In this document: piece by piece, positions 48,358 to 57,043 of the stretch
How positions within the stretch are numbered: the first letter of the stretch is position 1
Layout: every line of letters starts with the position of its first letter
DNA from: an uncultured virus (IMG/VR IMGVR_UViG_3300032323_004022)
Lineage: Duplodnaviria; Heunggongvirae; Uroviricota; Caudoviricetes
Reading direction: 5' to 3' (one strand)
IMG/VR virus record: IMGVR_UViG_3300032323_004022
Length of the DNA stretch: 64,000 nt
The notes under the pieces: generated by a model
Databases searched by the model: none
Seen by the model: only the letters and a program-made list of their open reading frames with translations
What the model was told of the DNA's origin: nothing
Translations under genes and position numbers: made by a program

Positions 48358-49143
48358 CTAAACTCTTCTAATTGAGCCCTCTTCTCCATCACCCATATCG
48401 GCCTCTAAATCAATCGCATCAGCAATTGCATCATAGCCATCGTCTTCTGGTGTGTCAAGATAATTGAAGTCTGCGCCAGCTACTCTTCTATCTCTATTGT
48501 AATTAGTCATCTCAACTTCTCTGACTGTAGAACCTCTTACAGCATCACCTGGTGGTTCAGCTACAAATGCTCTTCCTCTTGTTTCAACTCCTGAAATTGA
48601 ACTATTTGCATCAAGATGTTTTTGCTGAGCTAAAAGTTGATTGATAATGCCTGGATTATTCTGTACTCTGTCTGCGAATTGTTCTACTGTTAGATCTTCA
48701 CCTTGCAATTCAGCTTGTGTTTGAGCAATATCTAAAGCCATTGCATAAGAAAGTGAATCATTAGCATATCCAGCAGTAGTGACATTATTTTTATTTGAAT
48801 AAGCCTTTTCTGCATCAATACTTTCTGCTTCAATTGTCTTCCCATCAACATCAACTGTTCGAAGATTATTATTATTTTGTTGCTTAAGTAATTCTTTCTT
48901 ACCCTTAATAGCAGCTCTTTCTTCAATAGAATCAAATTGATCAGGAGTGATTTTTCTTAATAATCCAAGACGTATGGAGTTCCTTAAGTCTTTTGACGCT
49001 TTCACTACTTTTGGATCTTCCCAAGTCAAATCAATTGCTTGCAGAGGACCGAAGTTCAATCTAATATCACTTACATAATGTGGGCCAAGAGTTACATTTT
49101 GCACAATAAATGATTCTGGCTCTTGATTTACACTTTCATTCAT
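48358..49143 (-). CDS. Hypothetical protein
   Basis: 261 aa, AAGGA RBS; N-terminal V.N......V.D......P....DL...S.DL...I..G.L. Confidence 0.6.
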   Translation of the reverse strand: MNESVNQEPESFIVQNVTLGPHYVSDIRLNFGPLQAIDLTWEDPKVVKASKDLRNSIRLGLLRKITPDQFDSIEERAAIKGKKELLKQQNNNNLRTVDVDGKTIEAESIDAEKAYSNKNNVTTAGYANDSLSYAMALDIAQTQAELQGEDLTVEQFADRVQNNPGIINQLLAQQKHLDANSSISGVETRGRAFVAEPPGDAVRGSTVREVEMTNYNRDRRVAGADFNYLDTPEDDGYDAIADAIDLEADMGDGEEGSIRRV

Positions 49144-49146
49144 ATT

Positions 49147-49491
49147 TTAATCCTTTTTACTCACAGGTAAAGATGTTATACCGTCCAAGCCTTCTTTTCC
49201 GGTCCAATACTCGTTTGATTTAGACTCTCTTGAATTTGGATCATAAGAATTTTTTCTAACAGATTTTTGATCTTTCACGAATTCTGTCATTTGTTTTCTT
49301 TTGACTGTGGTGCCAAATTGTTTTTCTTTTGCTGTCAATCCTTCTTGAACTGTAAAGCTATTGAAAACTCTTTTAGCTTCCCCACTCCCACATGGACAAG
49401 GAATTACAGATTGATATTCACTAAAAGAAAGAGATATTGTGAATGTTTTAGGTTCATTTGAGCATTCACATAGGTATTCGTATCTAGGCAT
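49147..49491 (-). CDS. FmdB-family zinc-ribbon protein
   Basis: MPRYEYLCEC...F.....CP.CGS...KRVF. Confidence 0.75.
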   Translation of the reverse strand: MPRYEYLCECSNEPKTFTISLSFSEYQSVIPCPCGSGEAKRVFNSFTVQEGLTAKEKQFGTTVKRKQMTEFVKDQKSVRKNSYDPNSRESKSNEYWTGKEGLDGITSLPVSKKD

Positions 49492-49520
49492 AATTTCAGT
49501 TAAGGTTTAGAGAGTTGCAA

Positions 49521-49545
49521 AGGTATTTGTACAATATCTTTTGAA
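49521..49545 (+). promoter_or_regulatory. Putative late promoter AGGT-N16-TTGAA
   Basis: Same spacing as 7600 and 11860; upstream of AAGGAG RBS and the + strand operon. Confidence 0.45.
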
Positions 49546-49567
49546 TTCTAAATAAAGGAGTGCTCAT

Positions 49568-49744
49568 ATGAGTTCAGAAATTACAGACGCTGGAACTACT
49601 CACCATATGTATTGCGTTAAGTGCAGAACAATGGTCATGGTATCAGCTCCAAAGAAAATTGTTATGAAGAGTAGTAGACACGCATTACAAGGTAAGTGTC
49701 CACATTGTTCTACCTCAACATTTAAAATTACCAAAGCAGAGTAA
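49568..49744 (+). CDS. Small zinc-ribbon protein (DUF5679-like), absent from the ORF track
   Basis: 58 aa MSSEITDAGTTHHMYCVKCR...ALQGKCPHCSTSTFKITKAE; AAGGAG RBS. Confidence 0.8.
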   Translation: MSSEITDAGTTHHMYCVKCRTMVMVSAPKKIVMKSSRHALQGKCPHCSTSTFKITKAE

Positions 49745-49746
49745 AT

Positions 49747-52494
49747 ATGGAAATCATTTTCGACGATAGCTTCAGATTTTTATCAAACTTACAAACACAA
49801 GAGGACGTAATTCCCACTAGAATTTCGTCCTTGGGTTCTATAATTCTTGAAAATGTCAAAATAGCCGTTGATACTCGTGTTCAAAATGAGTTCAATAAAT
49901 ATAAAAGTGCTACTCCTGCAGACAGATTGATTATTTTGAAAAATGTCATAAATGACACAACTATTGTTGATGCTGATCAAGTATGGTTTCAAAATAAAAT
50001 TCAAGCTATGGGTGGATCTGGGGGTGGAAGTGGGTGGAGTGCTCAAAGTGATGATGTTCAAGGCACTGCGATAAAAGAATCTGATATTGTTGGAGAAGCT
50101 GGATCTGATGTTGGATCAATGCTTAAGTTAAAAGAGGCAGTATTAGCTCGTTTGAGAATGAGAGGAATTTCTGATCAAAAAATCAATGATATTTTAGTTT
50201 TGTTTATGGAAAAAATTATGTTGCCTTTTTCAGAAACAATTAAAATTCTTGATTATTTATTGGAAGAGTCACTAAAAGCTAGAGTTGATCCTGTTGATAT
50301 GATTGAGTTCTGGGCTTATCATTATCAAGAAAAAAGAAGTCAAGGTTTAACAAAATCAATTATTGATCAAGCTGTAAAACTACAAGAAATAAACCCATCT
50401 ATAAATATATTTAATTTATTAAAAAATGCTGCTATCGGCAACCAGGCAGAAGTTGGAAAAGTGATATTGATCAAAGATCCTGATGCAAGATTAGTTGTAA
50501 ATAATCTTATATCTTTATCACAATCTGCTTTACCCGAACAAGCAGAACAAGTAAGAAGAAATTTTCAGTTTAGTAGAGATGCTTTGAATAATTATCAAGA
50601 TAAATTAAGAATTCAAAAAGCTTTATTTGACATGATGAAAACTGAAGAAATGAACAGGAATTTATCAGGTTTTATAAAAGATACAAGTGGAATATTTAAA
50701 TCTTTGATAACCCAGCCACTTTTCAGAGCCCTGAGAGATGTTTTTTATGATTTACAGGCTTCCAAAATTTTACTTAACACTTATTCATCCTTGGTAACTG
50801 ATACTCAACCTATAACACCTAGAGTATCACCAAGAGAAGAGCAAGAATCTCCTGGTTCAGGATTGTATCAAAATCCAAATCTTACTCAAAGAATTAGTTC
50901 TAGATTTGTACCGCTAAAAAAAAATAATTTAGTAATTGCACAAAATACTCAAACAAATACTGGAGCTTTTCCAGTAACTGTTGGAACTGGGGCAACTCCA
51001 ATTTTTGGGCCTCAAGGTTTGACCACACCTGATACACTCCCCACATCAACAAACCCAATAACTGGACAACAAAATTTTACTGGTATATTGCCTGATCCAA
51101 AAACTCAAGGAACATTAGGTTATGCTAGTAAAATCGATATCAAAGGCATGATTGGCTCAATGGAAGAAGTCAAAAAAAATATCATTGCTGCATTCGGCCA
51201 AGTAAACGAAATTTTTCATTTTATTCTTAAATTTTTAGTTGATGCTGTCTCACAAATATTAGAAAAAGTAAGGCAAGGAGTAACTAATTTAATACAAGAA
51301 GTCACTGATGCGTTTAGTAATGCTATAAAAAATATAACAAATTATTTCAAGAATAATTTTGAAAAAATTAAAAATTCCGTTACAAAATTCCTTGAAAAAG
51401 GAAGTGGAGATACTTCTAATATAGTTGGAAACACTCAAGAGAAATTTGTAAAATTAGCACAAGGCACACCTCAAGCCACCATGGGAGGATACGCAGCACA
51501 AACTTGGGGTGGAGGTGGGATAAGTATTGCAGTACTTGCTTTGATTACAATTTTAGGTATTAAAACTTTAGGCCCAGCCATTAAGGGATTAGCCACTCTT
51601 AATAATATGTCAGAAATTATAAATTTGATTTTACCTGGAACTTTAGCTATTAGAAATATAGTTATTGAATTTGTTTATCAGTTCTGGGATGTTGGTGACA
51701 AAGCACCTAATAGTTCACAATATTATGATAGAGCTGGGCGTTTTACAGCTGAAGGACAAAGACGTTTATACAATAACCAACAAACTAGAATTACTTTAGG
51801 AATAAATACTAAAGAAGATTTAGCATTAGCCAGAGCAGAAAAACAAAGATCTGAAAATATGGCTACAGTTAGAACACAGCTTGAAATTCTTCAAAAATCT
51901 ATGGATCAATCAGTTTATCTTGGTGGAAAAACTGATGTAGCTCCTGCAAATATTCCTGGTGATTTACAAAACAAGGTAAATGAATTTTTAAAGTTATGCA
52001 AAAGTGTACAAGATGCAAACCAAGCTGAATATTTAATTTTAAAGAAAGCTATTGATCGAGTTAGTGCAAGTTTCGATCCAGTTCAAAAAATTCAAGCTCA
52101 AAATTTATTATCTAATGTGAGAAATGATATAGCTTCACTTCAAGGTATTATTTCTGAATATTCAAGTTCAGCAATTGTTATGGGACATTTACAAAGAAAA
52201 AGAAAATTACAAATGGTTCTTGGACCAACTCTTAAGAGATTACAAGCTTTAGAGGGTTTGGGTATATCAAAGGCTGCCTTGATTACTGGAAAAAATGGAG
52301 TTTTGGCTCAACTTTCAAGGATTAGACATGAAGAAGCTTCAGCTTTGCAGAAATTGCGTAAAGAGTATCAAGAAAAAATGCAATTACTTGACAATCCTGA
52401 CATTGCACAGAAAGAATTTGCATTTCCAGTAGACACAAAAGCAACTAAATTACCATTACCTCCATTACCTCCTACGGCTCCTACGAGTGCATAA
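49747..52494 (+). CDS. Large helical virion-like protein with a hydrophobic segment (ejection/tape-measure-like)
   Basis: 915 aa; amphipathic helices; GGGISIAVLALITILGI; VIAQ and KLAQ motifs before low-complexity linkers. Confidence 0.45.
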   Translation: MEIIFDDSFRFLSNLQTQEDVIPTRISSLGSIILENVKIAVDTRVQNEFNKYKSATPADRLIILKNVINDTTIVDADQVWFQNKIQAMGGSGGGSGWSAQSDDVQGTAIKESDIVGEAGSDVGSMLKLKEAVLARLRMRGISDQKINDILVLFMEKIMLPFSETIKILDYLLEESLKARVDPVDMIEFWAYHYQEKRSQGLTKSIIDQAVKLQEINPSINIFNLLKNAAIGNQAEVGKVILIKDPDARLVVNNLISLSQSALPEQAEQVRRNFQFSRDALNNYQDKLRIQKALFDMMKTEEMNRNLSGFIKDTSGIFKSLITQPLFRALRDVFYDLQASKILLNTYSSLVTDTQPITPRVSPREEQESPGSGLYQNPNLTQRISSRFVPLKKNNLVIAQNTQTNTGAFPVTVGTGATPIFGPQGLTTPDTLPTSTNPITGQQNFTGILPDPKTQGTLGYASKIDIKGMIGSMEEVKKNIIAAFGQVNEIFHFILKFLVDAVSQILEKVRQGVTNLIQEVTDAFSNAIKNITNYFKNNFEKIKNSVTKFLEKGSGDTSNIVGNTQEKFVKLAQGTPQATMGGYAAQTWGGGGISIAVLALITILGIKTLGPAIKGLATLNNMSEIINLILPGTLAIRNIVIEFVYQFWDVGDKAPNSSQYYDRAGRFTAEGQRRLYNNQQTRITLGINTKEDLALARAEKQRSENMATVRTQLEILQKSMDQSVYLGGKTDVAPANIPGDLQNKVNEFLKLCKSVQDANQAEYLILKKAIDRVSASFDPVQKIQAQNLLSNVRNDIASLQGIISEYSSSAIVMGHLQRKRKLQMVLGPTLKRLQALEGLGISKAALITGKNGVLAQLSRIRHEEASALQKLRKEYQEKMQLLDNPDIAQKEFAFPVDTKATKLPLPPLPPTAPTSA

Positions 52495-53122
52495 TATGTT
52501 TATCAAAATTTCAGCTCCTCTATATATGCAATCTTTTGTAAAGAATAATACTGATCTTGAAGATGTTGACAAGATTGAAAAAGAACTTGCCAAGATTGAT
52601 TTGATGTTTCCCACTGATACACAAGCAAAAGCTACAAATACTTCTTTCAATGGAAGAACAATAACTGTGTTTGCATTTGGACAGATATTAGAAGACCAAA
52701 TAGATAAGCTCAAAAATAAAGATATTCAAGAGGTTTATAAATCTACTCTTTTTGATGGAATAAATTATCTTAAAGCTGATCCAGAAATAGCACAACAACA
52801 ATTACAAAAAGATTTAGCGTCTCTTGAAAGACAAATGGTGGAAAGAGAAAATAATCTTATAGACATTGATACATATATGATGCAGTTAGTTACAGGTAAA
52901 GAAGGTGCTACATTAAACTTAAGCCACACTAATGCTAAGTTTATCAAGATAGCTGAAAGCGACATGGTCAAACAATCTGATGAAGAAATTGAAGATTACT
53001 ACAATGAACTTTATGAAGATTCTGAGGGTAGTCCAGATTTTGGCACAGCACTTGAGCATCCAGAAGAAACAAGAGATGAATTAACTACTAAAATTCATCA
53101 TCACAAATTTAAAAAGAAATAG
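52487..53122 (+). CDS. Hypothetical protein
   Basis: 211 aa, overlaps the upstream stop; FIKIS and FIKIAES motifs. Confidence 0.55.
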   Translation: MHNMFIKISAPLYMQSFVKNNTDLEDVDKIEKELAKIDLMFPTDTQAKATNTSFNGRTITVFAFGQILEDQIDKLKNKDIQEVYKSTLFDGINYLKADPEIAQQQLQKDLASLERQMVERENNLIDIDTYMMQLVTGKEGATLNLSHTNAKFIKIAESDMVKQSDEEIEDYYNELYEDSEGSPDFGTALEHPEETRDELTTKIHHHKFKKK

Positions 53123-53140
53123 TTTCTTTACAATTAAAAT

Positions 53141-56100
53141 ATGTCAGATATAAATTTTATCGATTATGATAAAATTTCAATTCAATCAGATGCTTTTGTT
53201 TCATCTGCTGAATTAAATTGTTATTTTCAATATATCCCAACTACTAAAGCTATTTCTTACAACATAAAGAAAGAGCAACACACTGCTGGCACAACTGAAG
53301 ATCCAAACGACTATAAAATTCCAGATGTTTCTGAGAAAATTCTTCCAAGGAAAATGTATAGGATAAATCCTTTCCATACAAACTATTCAGAAAAACTAGA
53401 ACTTTTAAAAACAAATATTGATCCTGATATTCTTTTTCCAACTACTATCAAAGAAAATAAAACAAAAGAGATTGACTATAGTACTTTAGGTCTTAACTCT
53501 GATCAAATTGAGTTCATGCAAGCTTTGCAATCTTTGAAATCAATGAAAGTTGATGATTTTGAAAAAAAACTAGATATTGATCAATTTGAGATTTTAGAAG
53601 AAAAAACTACAAACGGATTTTTTCAACTTTTTCCAAGATATATGGAAATGCTTACTTCTGGAGTATCCACTGGTTTCAATCAGTTTTATGACGATACAGA
53701 TCCAAGCGATTCTATAAATGAAAATGAAACGCTCATAAATGAAACTATAAAGAAATTGGGTCTCAATCCTAGTGAAGTCAAAGTAAAAAAAAAATTTGAA
53801 GTAAGATCTGGTAATGCTAAAAAGGAAGAAATTAATGCATATCTTCAAGATATATCTTTGTCTAACAATGTTGCAAACAACACAAGATCTATAAACAACA
53901 ATTCAGTTACAAATGTAAATCAACTAAATTTACAAAATAATAATAAAATTGAATTACAAGTAAGATCTTCCAGAACAGTAAATAATATTAGTACTGCCAA
54001 CAAAACTGATTTCAATTTTATCAACAACACCAATAGAACTGTTAATCAACAAATAACTAATTTAAATAAATTTTCTGATGCAACTAAAATTGATTTTGAA
54101 AATTTATATAAGTCCTTTTTAAAAGACTTAAATATTGCGCCGAATGTAGAAAATCAATTTTTCAAGATAGTTAACCAGCATAGTAAGAATTTAAGCATTG
54201 AATTTAATAGAATACTCAATCATTCTGAAAAAACTGTTTATGAGACAAATTTAAAGAACTTGTCTACTTCTTATAATTTCTACAGACACATTGAAAATAG
54301 ATATAGAGAATTTATTCAGAACCTAAACTTCTTCAATGACACAGTTCAGCAAATAAGACAAACTGAAGTTAATCTTAAAAACACTTATCAGAATATCCAC
54401 AGGCATAGTGTTACTCATAAAAATAATCATTACAAGAATATTGTAAATTTAACTAAAAATGTAAATTACGAATATACTGCTAATGATTATGAATTTCAAT
54501 ATGCGGTTTTAAGAACAATCAAAAATAGTAATCAATATGTCGAAAATAAGATAACGAAAATCAAGAATGACTTAAATGTAGCCCAGCAAAACATTTCTTT
54601 TGTTCATCATAGAGTGGTTCATATCCAGGAGAAAACCAGTAATTTTATATCGAAAGAAATAAAGAATGTTCTCAATAATACTGATTACGTTGATGAATAT
54701 TCTAATATAATTGTCAACAAAATAAGTAATATATCTAACAATCAAACAGTTAGAGCTTTATTATCTTTAGTTACAAATGAAGAGCAACTTAATAGTATTT
54801 ACACAGTATTGAGGCAAAGTAACATCAACACTTCTAATATTAAGAATTTAGTTGATATACTGAATTATTCTAAAAATAATAATTTAGAAATTACTAAAGT
54901 TTCAAGTTCCACAGTAGAAAATATAAAGAATTTAGTCAGTCTTTCAAAGAATGTTGTTGATTACAATAATACTGAAAATCAGATTGTCAATAAGTTATCT
55001 TCTATAAATGTTGAAGAATTGAAATCATTTGTCAATTTGTCAGAATCAAAATCTTTCACTAGAATAGCACAAAGTTATAAAAATATTTCAAATGTAATTG
55101 AAAACCTAAATACATATTCTGTAAATCCCAAAATATCTACAATTAGTATTGATCAGAAAAAAGTAAATAATTTTAATCAAATTGTAAATAAATCTAGCTT
55201 TGGTTTTGTAGTGGAAAAACTATCAAATTTTAACACAGAAAATATTACAGAAAGAATAAATTTATTAAAAAATATCAACGTTACACAAGATATTAAAAAA
55301 ACTGAAAATATTGTAAGAAAAATTACAAGACTGGTAAAAAATAATAATGTCAACCAGATAACAGAAAACATAGATGAGATAAGCAATTTGAATAATTCAG
55401 AATTTAAGACAGAAATTCAAAATTTGAAAAATCTTATTAATATTTCTAAAAATGTAGATGTCACAAATGTTGAAAACTTAAAAGTTTCTCAATTAAATAT
55501 TGTATCTGAAAATATTGAAAAGTTGAGCAAAATTAGTCAGATAAATAACTTAACTCAAGAACAAGTAAATGTTGTCAAACAGATTAGTCAAGTCAAAAAT
55601 ATAACTGAAGAAAAGATAAGTCAATTAAACAAGATAATTAATCTTACAAACAATAATGATATATCTAACTTTAAGTTATCCAGTGTAAATCAATTGACAG
55701 AAGTTGTCCAAAAGATTTCTAATATTGAAAGCAAAGATTTACTTAATATTGTAAATTTGACAAAGACTGTGCAAGAAAGAAAGATCTACAATAAGATTTC
55801 CAATCTTGTCAAAAATGTTGAAATTTTGGATACTGTTAATGTCACTCAAGAAACTGCTCAGAATATTTCTAAAATTTCTAACACTAATAATATCAATCAA
55901 ATTACTAAAGATTTAAACTTAATTTCTCAAAATTATCAGGAATTTAAGACAAGTGTTCAGCAAATAAATAAGATTTCACAAGTTAAAAATGTTGACCAGA
56001 TAGTAAAGAATTTAAATTATGTAAATAATATAATTCAAGAAAATAATATTGTAAATCGCACAAGCAAAATAGATCAAAAAGACTTTATCACTGCCATTAA

Positions 56101-57040
56101 TTTGAGTAAAAATTATATCCAATCTTTCAATAGATTTGAAAGTAAAATTAGTAATATTTCTCAAAGACAAAAGATTAGAGAAACTTTACAAGATATCAAT
56201 ATTACAAATAATGAGATAAATAACTCAACTGTCCAAATTACAAACAAAACACAAAAAGTTCAATTACAAGAATTTATCCAAAACTTAAACTTGTTGCAAA
56301 CCGAAAAGAATACAACAATCTTAAATCGATATAGTTTTGAAAGTAATAAAAAGAATATTTCTAATTTATTTACTGAACTTAATGTTACACAGCAGAATAA
56401 GCAAGAAAAGCGAACGGAAAAAGAATTTGCTCGTATATCAAAACGACTAGATAGAATAAACAAAGAAACTATCAAGGTTCAGGGTAATTCATATAAAGTG
56501 GAACAAAATTTCTTCGATATGATGAACTTCTATAATGAGCAGAAAGTAACAAAGACAAGTAAAGACAGAAAGGTAAATAATTTCTTTCAATTGTTGGATG
56601 TATTGAATGTTCAAAAAACTACTAACGAAAGAAAAGTTACTCAAAAAATTCAGAAGATTGAGCAAGTTCAAAATCGCATTGTAAATAATAATTCACAGAT
56701 TAAGATTGATGTTTATAGAGAGAAGAAAGATAATTATTACAAGGTAGATAATCGTCAAACTTTCACTACAAATAATTATCATCAAGAGAAAGAAGAACAG
56801 AAAAAGACAGAGAAGATAGTTGAAAACAAAGTAGAAGAGTTGCTTGTCAAGAAAATTGAAAATGTAACAAATAATTTAGTGTCTAATGTAATTACTAAAA
56901 ATGAATTCCACACTATCAAAAAAGAAATAATCCAAGAAATTTATAACATAGAAATGAAGACAGAAGAGCGAATTAAAGAGCTGCGTAAGGAAACCCAGCA
57001 AACTGTACAAACTATGTTAGAAAAGTTCCTAAGAAGTTAA
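53141..57040 (+). CDS. Very large Asn/Ile/Lys-rich low-complexity protein (tape-measure-like?)
   Basis: 1299 aa; about 1000 aa with very few Gly/Pro and no Trp/Cys, built of loose NIKNLV/KISNI-type repeats. Confidence 0.5.
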   Translation: MSDINFIDYDKISIQSDAFVSSAELNCYFQYIPTTKAISYNIKKEQHTAGTTEDPNDYKIPDVSEKILPRKMYRINPFHTNYSEKLELLKTNIDPDILFPTTIKENKTKEIDYSTLGLNSDQIEFMQALQSLKSMKVDDFEKKLDIDQFEILEEKTTNGFFQLFPRYMEMLTSGVSTGFNQFYDDTDPSDSINENETLINETIKKLGLNPSEVKVKKKFEVRSGNAKKEEINAYLQDISLSNNVANNTRSINNNSVTNVNQLNLQNNNKIELQVRSSRTVNNISTANKTDFNFINNTNRTVNQQITNLNKFSDATKIDFENLYKSFLKDLNIAPNVENQFFKIVNQHSKNLSIEFNRILNHSEKTVYETNLKNLSTSYNFYRHIENRYREFIQNLNFFNDTVQQIRQTEVNLKNTYQNIHRHSVTHKNNHYKNIVNLTKNVNYEYTANDYEFQYAVLRTIKNSNQYVENKITKIKNDLNVAQQNISFVHHRVVHIQEKTSNFISKEIKNVLNNTDYVDEYSNIIVNKISNISNNQTVRALLSLVTNEEQLNSIYTVLRQSNINTSNIKNLVDILNYSKNNNLEITKVSSSTVENIKNLVSLSKNVVDYNNTENQIVNKLSSINVEELKSFVNLSESKSFTRIAQSYKNISNVIENLNTYSVNPKISTISIDQKKVNNFNQIVNKSSFGFVVEKLSNFNTENITERINLLKNINVTQDIKKTENIVRKITRLVKNNNVNQITENIDEISNLNNSEFKTEIQNLKNLINISKNVDVTNVENLKVSQLNIVSENIEKLSKISQINNLTQEQVNVVKQISQVKNITEEKISQLNKIINLTNNNDISNFKLSSVNQLTEVVQKISNIESKDLLNIVNLTKTVQERKIYNKISNLVKNVEILDTVNVTQETAQNISKISNTNNINQITKDLNLISQNYQEFKTSVQQINKISQVKNVDQIVKNLNYVNNIIQENNIVNRTSKIDQKDFITAINLSKNYIQSFNRFESKISNISQRQKIRETLQDINITNNEINNSTVQITNKTQKVQLQEFIQNLNLLQTEKNTTILNRYSFESNKKNISNLFTELNVTQQNKQEKRTEKEFARISKRLDRINKETIKVQGNSYKVEQNFFDMMNFYNEQKVTKTSKDRKVNNFFQLLDVLNVQKTTNERKVTQKIQKIEQVQNRIVNNNSQIKIDVYREKKDNYYKVDNRQTFTTNNYHQEKEEQKKTEKIVENKVEELLVKKIENVTNNLVSNVITKNEFHTIKKEIIQEIYNIEMKTEERIKELRKETQQTVQTMLEKFLRS

Positions 57041-57043
57041 TAA

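Noticed and set aside
48356..48380. AGGG-N16-TAGAA (minus strand) as another late promoter
   Set aside because: The TAG is the gene's stop codon and a terminator lies just downstream; probably coincidental
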